Shown here: piece by piece, positions 47,629 to 58,061 of the stretch | Layout: the number at the start of each line of letters is the position of its first letter | How positions within the stretch are numbered: position 1 is the stretch's first letter | DNA from: Thermostichales cyanobacterium HHBFW_bins_127 | Lineage (GTDB): Bacteria; Cyanobacteriota; Cyanobacteriia; Thermostichales; Thermostichaceae | Length of the DNA stretch: 64,000 bases | Assembly: GCA_039794745.1 (NCBI GenBank) | Contig: JAUQVP010000001.1 | Coordinates: 20,710-84,709, forward strand | Direction of reading: 5' to 3' | Made by a program: the position numbers and the translations under genes | Notes under the pieces: generated by a model | What the model was told of the DNA's origin: nothing | Databases searched by the model: none | The model's input: the letters and a program-made list of their open reading frames with translations, nothing else

Positions 47629-48021
47629 ATGGTGGAGGGAGAGGGAGGGAATGGTATGGCAGCAGGATCTTCCCGGTCAGGGGTATTGGCGCAGGTGGCG
47701 CAGTACTTTAAGGTCTTGTCGGAGGTGAGCCGGCTGCAGCTGTTGTGTGAGCTGGGAGCGGGAGCTAAGAATGTCACGGAGTTGCTGGCTGCCACCGGCA
47801 TGGGGCAGGCCAATGTCTCCAAGCACCTCAAGATTCTCAGTGATGCCGGCATGGTCAGTCGTCATCCCAAGGGGGTGAGTGTTTACTACCAGCTCAGCGA
47901 CCCTGCCTGCTTGAGATTGTGTCAAGTGGTTTGCCAGCAATTGCTCAACCAACATCAGCGCCAAAGCCAAACCCTAGAGCAGTTATCCAGCCTACAGCAA
48001 CTAGGTGCAAACCCCGATTGA
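47629..48021 (+). CDS. ArsR/SmtB-family transcriptional regulator, BigR/SqrR-like (candidate persulfide sensor)
   Basis: About 123-130 aa. wHTH region FKVLSEVSRLQLLCELGAGAKNVTELLAATGMGQANVSKHLKILSDAGMVSRHPKGVSVYYQL. One Cys in helix alpha2 (LLCEL) and a Cys cluster after VYYQL (DPACLRLCQVVC), in the positions where BigR/SqrR carry their redox Cys pair (from memory). There are no alpha3/alpha5 metal-site His/Asp patterns. Confidence 0.7.
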   Translation: MVEGEGGNGMAAGSSRSGVLAQVAQYFKVLSEVSRLQLLCELGAGAKNVTELLAATGMGQANVSKHLKILSDAGMVSRHPKGVSVYYQLSDPACLRLCQVVCQQLLNQHQRQSQTLEQLSSLQQLGANPD

Positions 48022-48393
48022 CAAGCGTCTGGAAATCTGCACGAATGGTAGCACAGGTGTGCTTGGCAACTTCTCCAGATCCTCTCCTAGATCCTCTCTT
48101 GGTGAGGGTGGGGGATCCCGGTGGGGGGAGAGGGTTGTCAGGTTGGAGTGGCACCTAGACCTCGCGGACAATTGAACTTTATGGTTATGAATCCTAGCTT
48201 GATAGGAGTGGGGTTTTTCTATTCAAAAATGAGCTTGAAGTTTCTAGGTTAGGAAGTGGGATTCGTCAAGAAAAATAGTCTGAAAAAAAGTTGAAATTTC
48301 CGGGGAATTCGGTGTATATTTTGGTCAGTCTGAGGAATTTTCCTCGAGTCAGCACAACTCAATCAGTACAATTAATCTTATGGAGGTAGACCC

Positions 48394-48714
48394 TTGGTAC
48401 GCAGGAGGAAGCGGAAGAGTCGTCGGCGCCAAGAGGGACGGAAGATCCTGGAGCATGTGCCTCAGTTCAATTTAGATAGCGGGGAGGAAAAGCCGGTGAC
48501 GGCTGCCCGCAAGTTTATTCACGACCGGGCGATTGCTCCACCGGCATTGATTTTGGTGCGCCGCAATGAGCATACGATTGATCGTTTTTTCTGGGCTGAG
48601 AAGGGCTTATTCAGTGCCCAGTATGTGGAGGAGAATCATTTCTTGTTCCCCAGCCTGCGCGCTCCTAGTGAGGAATCTAAGGAGGTGAAGATTCCGGTTC
48701 TGTCCAATCGCTAG
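48394..48714 (+). CDS. hypothetical protein
   Basis: 106 aa (TTG start; internal GTG/ATG starts possible). Very basic N-terminus, then a hydrophilic segment. No motif recognised. Confidence 0.3.
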   Translation: MVRRRKRKSRRRQEGRKILEHVPQFNLDSGEEKPVTAARKFIHDRAIAPPALILVRRNEHTIDRFFWAEKGLFSAQYVEENHFLFPSLRAPSEESKEVKIPVLSNR

Positions 48715-48964
48715 TCTGCCTAGTTGGACTGCAGGGTCTGGCAAGAAGGCTCCTCAATGGAGGAGCTTTTTTGTTGGGGAAGCTCTCTGCTGACTCCTAG
48801 ACGGGGTGTTTTGGGGGAGCGCATCAATCCCAACCTCTCTATTTCCCCTGCAATCGATCCCTCAGGCCCCTCTCCCAAAACAGGAAATGACTATAATGGC
48901 TATATTTTTCCCTGGGACGTTGGACACAAGCCCATGCATGTGTTGGTTTGAGGCGGTAGGGGGG

Positions 48965-49573
48965 CTAGCGCCGATCCAAAATGCCGCTGATCCATAGGCT
49001 ACAGGCCAGGCTGATCAAATGGGCTAAAGCCACGCTGGAGTTGATCACAACTACCAAGAGTTCTGCAATCACCAGACGAATGCTGTAGTTTTGGTAGAGC
49101 AGAGCCCGGCTGAATAACTCCCCTACCTGGGCTGAGGAGCTGATCACTGACAAAAAAGCCCCCACTAAGCTAATCAACACCACTAACCGCAACCGCTCAA
49201 TCAATTCCTGCCGGGAACTGATCCGCTGGATTTGGGATCCCGAAAGGTTACGGCGGGTGAAGTAGATATTGGCTCCCAAGGTTAGGATCATGCCCAAGGT
49301 GACCCAAAAGGCGATGGCTGAACCGAGCTGCCCACCCACCGGTAACCCTTGGGCGGTGGTCAGATGGATGATTGGGGCTAGCAACCAAGAGATGGCTGCT
49401 ATCACGCCGATAATTGCCTGGAGCCAAAAGCTGGTGTTGCTGGTGCGCCGCAGGCGCTCTTTCATCCGCTCAAGATGCAACTGCGGGTCTTGCTGCTCTG
49501 CTCGGTAGCTCTCCATAGCATCTCCCGTGCTACGCCCCTGCCTTAGTGTAGGGGTTGATTTCTCTGGGTTCAA
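48965..49573 (-). CDS. hypothetical membrane protein (3-4 TM)
   Basis: 202 aa. A basic N-terminal ~50 aa, then TM segments (FWLQAIIGVIAAISWLLAPII, AIAFWVTLGMILTLGANIYF). Confidence 0.45.
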   Translation of the reverse strand: MNPEKSTPTLRQGRSTGDAMESYRAEQQDPQLHLERMKERLRRTSNTSFWLQAIIGVIAAISWLLAPIIHLTTAQGLPVGGQLGSAIAFWVTLGMILTLGANIYFTRRNLSGSQIQRISSRQELIERLRLVVLISLVGAFLSVISSSAQVGELFSRALLYQNYSIRLVIAELLVVVINSSVALAHLISLACSLWISGILDRR

Positions 49574-49739
49574 GGCGCCAAGCAGCAGTTAAACCCTATG
49601 TATCTAAACATGAGCAATTCTTAAGAAATCCTGAAAAGAAGCCTGGCGGCTGCCAAAATCTGAGATTCTATATGGCGGATAATATGGAGCCACCTAAATA
49701 AAGGCTCTAGAACCCTTTAAAGCTCGTCCTCTGTCGCTT

Positions 49740-49766
49740 CCCCCAGTTTTTCCTGGGGGTCTTTTA
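49740..49766 (+). terminator. intrinsic terminator: cccccag-tttttc-ctggggg hairpin followed by TCTTTTAT (plus-strand orientation), abutting the yidD stop codon
   Basis: Read directly: a 7-bp G/C stem, a 6-nt loop and a T-run on the plus strand. In the minus-strand sense it also forms the same hairpin directly after yidD, preceded by an A-run, so it could be bidirectional. Confidence 0.5.
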
Positions 49767-50024
49767 TCGGCAGGTTTTGCGCAGGCGGTGGCTGAACTGC
49801 TCCAGGTCGGGGATGGGGTCGTAGCCGCCGGGGTGCCAGGGGTGGCATCGCCCCAGCCGCCGTAGCCCTAGCCATAACCCCCGCCATACCCCAAAGCGGG
49901 CAATCGCTGCGGCCATGTACTGGGAGCAGGTGGGGTAATACCGACAGGCAGGAGGCAGGAGGGGCGAAATCAACCCCTGGTAAAGCCGGATCCCGCCAAT
50001 GCAAAAATGTTGCCAGGGACTCAT
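49764..50024 (-). CDS. yidD: membrane protein insertion efficiency factor YidD
   Basis: 86 aa with [38 protein letters not shown], the conserved YidD core. Confidence 0.8.
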   Translation of the reverse strand: MSPWQHFCIGGIRLYQGLISPLLPPACRYYPTCSQYMAAAIARFGVWRGLWLGLRRLGRCHPWHPGGYDPIPDLEQFSHRLRKTCR

Positions 50025-50096
50025 ATCGTACTCCGTCAGAAAATGGTATCGTATTAGTCAGTTTCGTGCCGATGAAGACTTGGGGGGGATCCCGCT

Positions 50097-50204
50097 ATGG
50101 AGACGAATTATTTAGGGTTGTTGGGGACAATCTTGGCGATTTTGGTGCCTTCGATTTTTCTGGTGATTCTCTATGTGCAAACTGCCAGCCGCAATAACAG
50201 TTAG
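50097..50204 (+). CDS. psbM: photosystem II reaction centre protein M (PsbM), 35 aa; below the ORF-track length cutoff
   Basis: ATG at 50097 translates to [35 protein letters not shown], then a stop. This matches the PsbM pattern (MEVNxLGxIAT.LFVLVP(T/S)(V/I)FL(I/L)ILY(I/V)QT...), recalled from memory. Confidence 0.75.
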   Translation: METNYLGLLGTILAILVPSIFLVILYVQTASRNNS

Positions 50205-50557
50205 GCTGCCGGTGGTTCATAGAGAAATTCAAACCAATTGCCATCGGGATCCCGGCTGTAGAAGGAGGCAGTGCCGTCGCGATGGTCATGGATGGCTCCT
50301 ACAAAGATTCCCTGTTCTTGGAGACGGGCGTGGGCCGCTTCGATGTCTTCGCGCTTATCGAACACAAAGCCAAAGTGGGGCCCGGCAGCTTTGTAGGTGG
50401 GGCCAAGTAGGGCTAGCCCGTCCTGTCCGGCTTTGAGATAGGCCCAATCTTGGTCTTGCCAGACGATGTCCATGCCTAGGTTGGCGTAAAACTCCAGGGC
50501 TTTGGGAATGTCGGCCACTTGGATGGCCACATGGCCGAGCCGTTTCAGCGTTGCCAT
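50201..50557 (-). CDS. VOC-family protein (glyoxalase/bleomycin-resistance/dioxygenase fold)
   Basis: 118 aa: [26 protein letters not shown]...HFGFVFD...DPDGNWFEF. Typical betaalphabetabetabeta VOC modules with His/Glu metal ligands. Confidence 0.7.
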   Translation of the reverse strand: MATLKRLGHVAIQVADIPKALEFYANLGMDIVWQDQDWAYLKAGQDGLALLGPTYKAAGPHFGFVFDKREDIEAAHARLQEQGIFVGAIHDHRDGTASFYSRDPDGNWFEFLYEPPAA

Positions 50558-50596
50558 GGTCTTCTACCCCATCAACAAACACCTAACCCTTCTAGT

Positions 50597-51565
50597 CTAA
50601 CCTAGTCCTGACTCGCCAATCGGCTCTGGGTAGAAGGCTGCCCCCAGCAGCCCTACCTGTGGGTTACAGACGACGGCTACGGGAATCTGACTGAGGAGGG
50701 CCCGCATCCGCCCCTTGTCCAAAAAGGCCTCCAGAAAACCCAACCGCTGCAACAAGGGCAAAATCTGCGGGGCAATCCCCCCGGCAATGTACAACCCCCC
50801 CCGGGGCAATAGGGTCAGAGCCAGATTGCCGGCCACCGCCCCATAGGCCTGCACAAAGACCTCCATCGCCCCCACTGACAAGGGATCCCCCGCCGCCGAG
50901 ATCCCTGCCCCATCCTCAGCCAAGGCCGGGTCAAAGTAACGGCCCAACTGGGGATCGGTGGCTGCTAAAAACCGGTAAATCTTCGGGATCCCGAGACCGG
51001 AGACCACCCGCTCCACCGAGACCCGCTCCAGCCCTTGGGACTCTAGCAGGTATTGGCGCAAAGCCCATTCCCTGGGGGTACGAGGGGCAAAATCCACATG
51101 CCCCCCTTCGGCAGCATAGACCCGGTAGTGATCCTGGTGCCAGAGGGCATAACCTTGCCCCAAGCCTGTGCCTGCCCCCAAAAAAGCCACAGCCCCCCGC
51201 GGCTCCGGCAGCCCCCGCTGCAGCCAGTACAGATCCACCTCCTGCAGACAACTAAGACCGTAGCCCACCGCCGTAAAGTCATTGATCACCCGCACCGGGA
51301 TCCCGCCTAGGGCGGCGCCGATCTGGGATCCATCCACCGTCCAAACTCGGTTGCTGAGGATACAGACATTGTCAACGACGGGGCCGGCGGCAGCCACACA
51401 GGCATCTAGCAAGGGTGGGGATCCCTGGGTGTGCCAGAAGTGGAGCAGGAGGGTTTCCAAGTTGGGCCAAGGGTGGTTTTCATAGCGTTGTTGGGCCAGC
51501 ACCTGGTTGGCTTGTACCAGGGCCACCAGGGATTTGGTTCCCCCCACATCCGCTGCCAATCGCAT
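50597..51565 (-). CDS. glk: glucokinase (ROK/Glk family)
   Basis: 322 aa. N-terminal ATP motif RLAADVGGTKSLVAL. Glucokinase-type core with the AGTGLG motif and a C-terminal GAAFYPE. Confidence 0.8.
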   Translation of the reverse strand: MRLAADVGGTKSLVALVQANQVLAQQRYENHPWPNLETLLLHFWHTQGSPPLLDACVAAAGPVVDNVCILSNRVWTVDGSQIGAALGGIPVRVINDFTAVGYGLSCLQEVDLYWLQRGLPEPRGAVAFLGAGTGLGQGYALWHQDHYRVYAAEGGHVDFAPRTPREWALRQYLLESQGLERVSVERVVSGLGIPKIYRFLAATDPQLGRYFDPALAEDGAGISAAGDPLSVGAMEVFVQAYGAVAGNLALTLLPRGGLYIAGGIAPQILPLLQRLGFLEAFLDKGRMRALLSQIPVAVVCNPQVGLLGAAFYPEPIGESGLG

Positions 51566-51630
51566 AGGTCTCTGAGCCAGTCCTCAAACCAGGTTAAGAT
51601 GAATCGGAACTGCTTGACCAATCAACAACC

Positions 51631-51891
51631 ATGGTAGAGATTTACACGTGGCGATCCTGTCCCTTTTGCCTTCGTGCCAAACAGCTTTTGGATCGCAAGG
51701 GTGTGATCTACACCGAGTATGCCATTGATGGGGACGAGGCTGCCCGCCAAGCCATGGCCAAGCGAGCTAATGGACGGCGCACCCTCCCTCAGATTTTTAT
51801 CAACAACGTCCATATCGGTGGCTGTGATGATCTCTACGCCTTGGAGCGAGCCGGCAAGCTCGATGCCCTGCTGCAAAGCCTACCCTCATGA
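51631..51891 (+). CDS. grxC: glutaredoxin 3 (CPFC active site)
   Basis: 86 aa. VEIYTWRSCPFCLRAKQLLDRKGV...TLPQIFINNVHIGGCDDL is a classic dithiol Grx. Confidence 0.85.
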   Translation: MVEIYTWRSCPFCLRAKQLLDRKGVIYTEYAIDGDEAARQAMAKRANGRRTLPQIFINNVHIGGCDDLYALERAGKLDALLQSLPS

Positions 51892-52823
51892 AATGCGCCT
51901 TTATCCTCGATCCCCTGCCCACCCTCCAGCCCCACCACGACACCAGCCTGGCCCTGATGGCAGCGCTGCAACAGCGGGGACATAGCATCTATGCCCTAGG
52001 GATCCCGGATTTACTGGTGCGGGACGGTCAGACTTGGGCAACTCTTAGTCAGGTTCAGTTGGATTTAGGGGCGAGTCCTTACTACCGGATTGTGGGGCAA
52101 GAGACGGTCCCTTTGGGCAGCATGGATGCGGTGTGGATGCGCAAAGATCCCCCGGTGGACATTGCCTACTGGACAGCCACCCAACTGTTGGATTTGATTC
52201 CGCCCCCGACCTTGGTGCTCAATCATCCTGCTGGGATCCGGGCTGCCAACGAAAAACTGTTTGCCCTCCACTTTGCCCCCTGGACGCCGATTACCCTGGT
52301 GAGCCAGCACAAGCAGGACATTGTTGAGTTTGTGCGCAGCCACGGGCAGGCGGTGCTCAAGCCCTTGGGGGGCAAGGGGGGAGAGGGGATTTTATTTTTG
52401 TCCGCTCAGGATCGCAACCTACGTTCTTTGATTGAAATCAGCACCCACTTTGGACAAACCCCGGTGATGGTGCAGGAGTACCTGCCGGCTGCCCAGGCTG
52501 GGGACAAACGGATTTTGTTGCTGGAAGGTAAGCCTTTGGGAGCTGTCAATCGCCTACCGGGGGAGGGGGATTTCCGTGGTAACATCGCTGCTGGTGGACG
52601 GATTGCCCCCACAGAAATTACCCCCAAAGAATATCAACTGTGTGAATATCTAGCCCCGATCCTGCAACGGGAAAAGCTCTATTTTGTGGGGATTGATGTC
52701 ATCGGCGAAAAGCTCACCGAAATCAATGTCACAAGCCCAACGATGCTTCAGGAAATCAGCCAGCTCACGGGCAAAAATCTGGCAGATCATGTGGCTGAGT
52801 GGCTGGAAAATCAAATCAGGTAA
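51888..52823 (+). CDS. gshB: glutathione synthetase (ATP-grasp)
   Basis: 311 aa. N-terminal GshB domain (MKCAFILDPLPTLQPHHDTSLALM) and ATP-grasp C-terminus (QEYLPAAQAGDKRILLLEGKPLGAVNRLP...GNIAAGG). The 4-nt overlap with grx is a typical grx-gshB operon arrangement. Confidence 0.85.
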   Translation: MKCAFILDPLPTLQPHHDTSLALMAALQQRGHSIYALGIPDLLVRDGQTWATLSQVQLDLGASPYYRIVGQETVPLGSMDAVWMRKDPPVDIAYWTATQLLDLIPPPTLVLNHPAGIRAANEKLFALHFAPWTPITLVSQHKQDIVEFVRSHGQAVLKPLGGKGGEGILFLSAQDRNLRSLIEISTHFGQTPVMVQEYLPAAQAGDKRILLLEGKPLGAVNRLPGEGDFRGNIAAGGRIAPTEITPKEYQLCEYLAPILQREKLYFVGIDVIGEKLTEINVTSPTMLQEISQLTGKNLADHVAEWLENQIR

Positions 52824-52916
52824 GCTAATTGCCCCAGAAATACTTAAAAATCTTTCAATCTTGGCCATCTTTCAATCTTGGCTATGGATTCAGGGAGTTG
52901 ATTGCTTTTAAGATGG

Positions 52917-52954
52917 GGTCATTGCAATGGAGACTGAAATCAATCCCTCATCCC
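52917..52954 (+). repeat. copy 2 of the ~37-nt dispersed element (GGTCATTGCAATGGAGACTGAAATCAATCCCTCATCCC)
   Basis: See copy 1 at 14824-14860. Here it follows gshB by about 95 nt and is preceded by a 17-bp tandem duplication (52850-52883). Confidence 0.5.
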
Positions 52955-53219
52955 TGGCCCTTTCTCCTGCTCTAGAAAAGTTCTGATCCAGGTCAAGAAC
53001 TCTGCAAACATCTTTTCTAGGCTGTCAATTTCCCTGGCCAGATTCAATATCTGGGGAAAGATCTCGGAGGGCAAAAATCATAGTCGCACTCGAGTATCAC
53101 CCAAGAGATTGACTTGCCCCTAGCTGGATCAACTCAATTGAGAGAGGGTGTAGAATATCACTCCCGGCCAAGAAGCCGGCAGCATCTGTTAGGATCCCTA
53201 AACGGGTTATCAACTCACC

Positions 53220-55778
53220 ATGAGCGAATGGGATGCCTTGACGGTGGACCTCAACCACCTCACCCCAATGATGCAGCACTATGTCACCCTCAAACGCCAG
53301 TACCCCCAGGCGCTGCTCCTCTACCGCATGGGGGATTTCTATGAAACGTTTTTCCAAGATGCCCACATCCTCGCCCAAGCCCTAGAACTCACCCTCACCG
53401 GTCGGGAAGCGGGATCCCTAGGACGGGTGCCGATGGCCGGGATCCCCCACCATGCTCTGGAGCGCTATGCGGCTCAGTTGGTGGCTAAGGGGTTGAGTTT
53501 GGCGGTGTGTGAGCAGATGGAACCGGCGGATCAGGCGAAGGGCTTGGTGCGCCGGGAGGTAACCCGCTTGATTACCCCGGGGACGGTGCTGGAGGAAGGG
53601 CTGTTGCCCCCTCGGCAAAACAATTATTTGGTGGCGATCGTCCTCAGTAAGCTAACCTGGGGCCTAGCCTATGGGGATATTTCCACGGGGGAGCTGGCTA
53701 CTACCCAAGGGGAGGGGATGGAGTTGTTGGTGCAGGAACTGCTGCGCCTACAACCGGCAGAAATCCTCTGGCCCGCCGCTGCCCCTAGCAGCCTCACCCA
53801 GGGATCCCCGATTCCGGTCGAGTTGCCTGGTCAGTTTTGCTATACCCTCTGTGGGCAGGACAGTTTTGAGTTGACGGCGGCGCGCCAGGAAATTTGTCTG
53901 GCTTTTGGGGTGAAGTCCCTGGAGGGGTTTGGGTGTCAGCATTTGCCTTTGGCGGTGCGGGCGGTGGGGGGCTTGCTGCACTACTTGCGGGAAACCCAAA
54001 AGGGGATGCCGATTCCTTTTGATGGGTTGCGCACTTATCATCTCAGTCAGTTTCTCTACCTTGATCCCCAGACGCGGCGGAATCTGGAGTTGACCCAGAC
54101 GGTGCGGGAGGGGCTGTTGACGGGATCCCTGTTGTGGGCGTTGGATCGCACCCGCACGGCGATGGGGGGGCGGATGTTGCGGCGCTGGCTGGTGCAGCCG
54201 TTGCTGGATCCGGAGGCCATCCGGGCGCGGCAGGGGTTGATTGGGGAGTTTGTGGGCCAGGCGCGCCTGCGGCAACAGGTGCAGGGGATCCTCAAGGAGA
54301 TCTATGATTTGGAGCGTTTGGCGACGCGGGTGGGAGCAGGGACGGCGACGGCGCGGGATTTGGTGAGTTTGGGGCATGCTTTGGCCAGGCTGCCCCAGTT
54401 GGGGGAGGTGTTGGCGGACTGTGCCAGTCCTGTGTGCCAGAGGTTAAGTCAGCCGAACCCCCAGCTCCAGCAGCTCAGCCGGGAGATTCTGGCGACGTTG
54501 GTGGACAATCCCCCCCTGGTGATCAGCGAAGGGGGGCTGATTCGCGATGGGGTGGATGCGGAGGTGGACCGGCTGCGGCAGCAAATCCAGGAGGATCAAA
54601 ACTGGATCACCCACCTGGAAAAAACGGAGCGGGAACGCACCGGCATCAGCACCCTCAAGGTGGGCTTTACCAAGGCTTTTGGCTACTATATCGCCATTAG
54701 TCGGGCCAAAAGTCAGCAGGTGCCCAGCCACTACATCCGCAAACAAACCCTCGTCAATGAAGAACGCTATATCACCCCAGAATTGAAAGAACGGGAAACC
54801 CGCATCCTCCACGCCCAAACGGATCTCTACCAGCAGGAATATGACTGTTTTGTGCGCCTGCGCCAACGGGTGGGATCCCAGGCGCGGCTGATGCGGCAGG
54901 TGGCAGGTTGGGTGGCGGAGGTGGATGTGTTGGCAGGTTTGGCGGAGGTGGCAGCTCAGTATCAGTATTGTTGCCCGGAGATCACCACCGACCGACGCCT
55001 GCTGATCGAAGAGGGTCGCCATCCGGTCCTGGAACAGTTGCTCCCCGCCGGTCTGTTTGTCCCCAATTCCGTGCAGTTGGGGCTGCCGGGATCCCCGGAT
55101 TTGATGATTTTGACGGGGGCCAATATGACTGGTAAGTCGACTTTTTTGCGGCAGGTTGGTTTGATCCAGGTGATGGCGCAGATGGGCAGCTATGTGCCGG
55201 CGACCCGAGCTAGTGTGGGGATTTGTGATCGCATTTTTACCCGGGTGGGGGCGGTGGATGATCTGGCCACGGGGCAAAGTACATTTATGGTGGAGATGAA
55301 TGAAACTGCCAATATCCTCAACCATGCTACCCCCCGATCTTTGGTGTTGCTGGATGAAATTGGCCGGGGGACAGCGACCTTTGATGGGCTGGCGATTGCT
55401 TGGGCTGTGGCGGAATATCTGGCGGTAAGTTTGGGATCCCGCTGTATTTTTGCAACCCATTATCATGAGCTGAATGAGTTGGCGAATCTGCTGCCGAATG
55501 TGGCCAATTTTCAGGTGGCAGTGAAGGAATTGGAGCAGGAAATTGTCTTTCTCCACAAGGTGGTGCCGGGGGGGGCTAGCCGTTCCTACGGGATTGAGGT
55601 AGGGCGGATGGCAGGGTTGCCGCCGGTGGTGATCGAGCGGGCGCGGCAGGTGCTGACCCAAATTGAAAACCACAGCCATATTGCGGTGGGGCTGCGGCAG
55701 CGCTTCAGCGATCCTAAACCCCGCCCCCGCCGCTCCTCCCCCCCTGCGGACCAATTGCCCCTGTTTTCCCATGAGTAG
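53220..55778 (+). CDS. mutS: DNA mismatch repair protein MutS
   Basis: 852 aa. N-terminal mismatch-binding motif [15 protein letters not shown]...GDFYETF. Walker [10 protein letters not shown] and ABC-like signature. C-terminal HTH dimerisation region. Confidence 0.9.
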   Translation: MSEWDALTVDLNHLTPMMQHYVTLKRQYPQALLLYRMGDFYETFFQDAHILAQALELTLTGREAGSLGRVPMAGIPHHALERYAAQLVAKGLSLAVCEQMEPADQAKGLVRREVTRLITPGTVLEEGLLPPRQNNYLVAIVLSKLTWGLAYGDISTGELATTQGEGMELLVQELLRLQPAEILWPAAAPSSLTQGSPIPVELPGQFCYTLCGQDSFELTAARQEICLAFGVKSLEGFGCQHLPLAVRAVGGLLHYLRETQKGMPIPFDGLRTYHLSQFLYLDPQTRRNLELTQTVREGLLTGSLLWALDRTRTAMGGRMLRRWLVQPLLDPEAIRARQGLIGEFVGQARLRQQVQGILKEIYDLERLATRVGAGTATARDLVSLGHALARLPQLGEVLADCASPVCQRLSQPNPQLQQLSREILATLVDNPPLVISEGGLIRDGVDAEVDRLRQQIQEDQNWITHLEKTERERTGISTLKVGFTKAFGYYIAISRAKSQQVPSHYIRKQTLVNEERYITPELKERETRILHAQTDLYQQEYDCFVRLRQRVGSQARLMRQVAGWVAEVDVLAGLAEVAAQYQYCCPEITTDRRLLIEEGRHPVLEQLLPAGLFVPNSVQLGLPGSPDLMILTGANMTGKSTFLRQVGLIQVMAQMGSYVPATRASVGICDRIFTRVGAVDDLATGQSTFMVEMNETANILNHATPRSLVLLDEIGRGTATFDGLAIAWAVAEYLAVSLGSRCIFATHYHELNELANLLPNVANFQVAVKELEQEIVFLHKVVPGGASRSYGIEVGRMAGLPPVVIERARQVLTQIENHSHIAVGLRQRFSDPKPRPRRSSPPADQLPLFSHE

Positions 55779-56922
55779 GAAGCTGCTGATCTGCACCGGG
55801 GAAGTCTCTGGGGATCTCCAGGGCAGCTACCTGATCCAAGCCCTGCTCGCCCAAGACCCCAGCCTGGAGATTACGGCCATTGGCGGGCAACGCATGGCAG
55901 CCAGTGGTGCTAAGCTGCTGCGGGACACCACCCACATCAGCTCCGTTGGCTTGGTAGAAGCTCTGCCGTTTATCCTGCCCACCCTGCGCACCACCCACAT
56001 CGTCCGCCAGTACCTACGCCAGCAGCGCCCCGACCTGCTGATCCTGATCGACTACATTGGCGTCAATAGCCAAATCCTCCACATCGCTAACCAATTCGGG
56101 ATCCCGGCAGTCTATTACATTGCTCCCCAGGATTGGGTCTGGAGTCCCCAGTCCCGGCTCAGCTACCAACTCAGCCGGCAAACCCGCTTGATCCTCTCTA
56201 TTTTTCCGGAAGAGGCCCGATTCTACGAAGCTAAGGGGGCCAATGTGCGTTGGGTGGGCCACCCCTTTGTGGATACCCTAGCCCAAGGGCCAGATCGCCA
56301 CCAGATCCGCCACCAGCTCGGGATCCCGGAAGCCAGTCCTTGGGTGCTGCTGCTGCCTGCCTCCCGGCGCCAGGAGGTGCAGGATGTGGCACCGGTGATT
56401 TTTGCCACGGCCCAACGGCTGCAAGCTGCCCGGCCCGGGATCCGCTTCAGCCTCGGCCTGGCTAACCCCCGCTTCGCCCAACCCCTCTCCCGCCTCGCCC
56501 GGCGCTATCGGCTGCATCTGGACTTGATCCCGGGATCCCCACAGCAGGTGATGCCGGGGGCAGATTTCATTCTTTCTAAGTCCGGCACTGTCAATTTGGA
56601 AGCGGCCATGTTCGGGATCCCGCAGTTGGTAGTGTATCGGGTGCATCCTTTCACCTATTGGGTGGGCAAGCACGTCCTGCGCCTGAGCATCCCGTTTATG
56701 TGTCCGGTGAATTTGGTGCAGATGCGTCCGATTGTGCCGGAGTTTTTGCAGGATGCCGCCCAGCCCCAGGTGATGGCGGACTTGGCCCTAGAGCTGCTCC
56801 AGGGGGGATCCCGGCGGCAACAGATGTTGGCGGATTACCAGAGCATGAAACAGGCCTTGGGATCCCCGGGGGTATTGCGGCGGGCGGCGGGGGCCATTTT
56901 GCAGTTGTTGGAGTTGTTATGA
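55771..56922 (+). CDS. lpxB: lipid-A-disaccharide synthase
   Basis: About 383 aa from [25 protein letters not shown] (classic LpxB start). Overlaps the mutS stop by 8 nt; the upstream extension to 55663 is rejected. Confidence 0.8.
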   Translation: MSRKLLICTGEVSGDLQGSYLIQALLAQDPSLEITAIGGQRMAASGAKLLRDTTHISSVGLVEALPFILPTLRTTHIVRQYLRQQRPDLLILIDYIGVNSQILHIANQFGIPAVYYIAPQDWVWSPQSRLSYQLSRQTRLILSIFPEEARFYEAKGANVRWVGHPFVDTLAQGPDRHQIRHQLGIPEASPWVLLLPASRRQEVQDVAPVIFATAQRLQAARPGIRFSLGLANPRFAQPLSRLARRYRLHLDLIPGSPQQVMPGADFILSKSGTVNLEAAMFGIPQLVVYRVHPFTYWVGKHVLRLSIPFMCPVNLVQMRPIVPEFLQDAAQPQVMADLALELLQGGSRRQQMLADYQSMKQALGSPGVLRRAAGAILQLLELL

Positions 56923-58005
56923 GCGGCTAGCGTGGTCGGCGATGGCAGCGGCCATCTCCTGGGTGCCCACATAGCTGCCTCCCTTGGCTAGGTCGTAGGT
57001 GACAAAGCGCCCTTCTGCGATTACCGTTTGCACCGCTTGTTCTAGGCGGCGGGCAGCGGCTGTTTCCCCCAGATAGTCCAACATCAGCACCCCTGACAGG
57101 ATCAAGGCCGTGGGATTGACCCGATTTTGTCCCGTGTACTTGGGAGCGGAGCCGTGAATCGCTTCAAACACTGCCAAGCCATCGCCGATATTGGCCCCCG
57201 GTGCCACCCCCAAACCACCGATCATGCCGGCACATAAATCCGACACAATATCTCCATAGAGATTGGTCAGCACCAGGACATCGTAAAGTTCTGGTTTTTG
57301 CATCAGTTGCATGCACATATTGTCCACAATCCGGTCTTCAAACTCGATGTCACTGTATGCTTTGGCCACATCCCGGGCAATTTCCAGAAATAAACCATCG
57401 GTAAACTTCATGATATTGGCCTTGTGAACTGCTGTTACCTTTTTGCGGCCATTGGCACGGGCATATTCAAAAGCAAACTTGACAATACGGCGACTGCCAA
57501 ACTCAGAAATGGGCTTGATCCCCAGGGCGGATTTTTCCCGGATGGTCTTGCCAGAGAGTTTGATCAAATAGTCCCGCAATTCATCCGCTTGGGGTGTTTC
57601 CCGGGCAAACTCAATTCCAGCATAGAGATCTTCAGTGTTTTCCCGCACAATGATCAGATCAATATCCTGAAAGGCACTTTTCACCCCGGGAATGGATTTG
57701 GCAGGCCGTAAATTGGCATAGAGATCCAATTCTTTGCGGATAGCCACATTCACAGAGCGAAACCCCGACCCCACCGGCGTGGTAATCGGCCCCTTGATGG
57801 CCACTTTGGTCTCGCGGATGCTGTCCAAAACCCCGGCAGGTAGGGGGGTGCCGTACTTTTCCATCACATCCACCCCGGCATCCTGGACAATCCACTCGAT
57901 GCTGCCGCCGCCGGCTTGGATGGCCGCATCAATGGCAGTGCGGGCAGCTTGAGCCACTTCTGGGCCAATGCCATCCCCAGGAATCAGGGTCACACGATGG
58001 GTCAC
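56917..58005 (-). CDS. isocitrate/isopropylmalate dehydrogenase family protein (IDH-type subfamily; candidate 3-isopropylmalate dehydrogenase given adjacency to leuC)
   Basis: 362 aa. N-terminal [13 protein letters not shown] and metal/substrate motif [28 protein letters not shown], which is closer to the IDH/HICDH-type GG(I/L)G(V/I)APGANIGD than to the bacterial LeuB GS(I/L)GMLPSASL (from memory). Confidence 0.7.
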   Translation of the reverse strand: MTHRVTLIPGDGIGPEVAQAARTAIDAAIQAGGGSIEWIVQDAGVDVMEKYGTPLPAGVLDSIRETKVAIKGPITTPVGSGFRSVNVAIRKELDLYANLRPAKSIPGVKSAFQDIDLIIVRENTEDLYAGIEFARETPQADELRDYLIKLSGKTIREKSALGIKPISEFGSRRIVKFAFEYARANGRKKVTAVHKANIMKFTDGLFLEIARDVAKAYSDIEFEDRIVDNMCMQLMQKPELYDVLVLTNLYGDIVSDLCAGMIGGLGVAPGANIGDGLAVFEAIHGSAPKYTGQNRVNPTALILSGVLMLDYLGETAAARRLEQAVQTVIAEGRFVTYDLAKGGSYVGTQEMAAAIADHASRS

Positions 58006-58061
58006 AGGAAACTCCTCAATGGCGGTCTTTGGGTTGCTGGGATAATCCCAATTAGAGCAAA

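Noticed and set aside
49574-49740. Tiny ORFs (MSNS*, MADNMEPPK*) in the spacer preceding the plus-strand terminator
   Set aside because: They are too short and lack SD sequences. The region is more plausibly non-coding (see the finding on a candidate sRNA).
55663-55770. 36-codon upstream extension of the lpxB ORF
   Set aside because: It overlaps the 3' end of mutS in another frame. The canonical LpxB N-terminus ([15 protein letters not shown]) begins at 55771.
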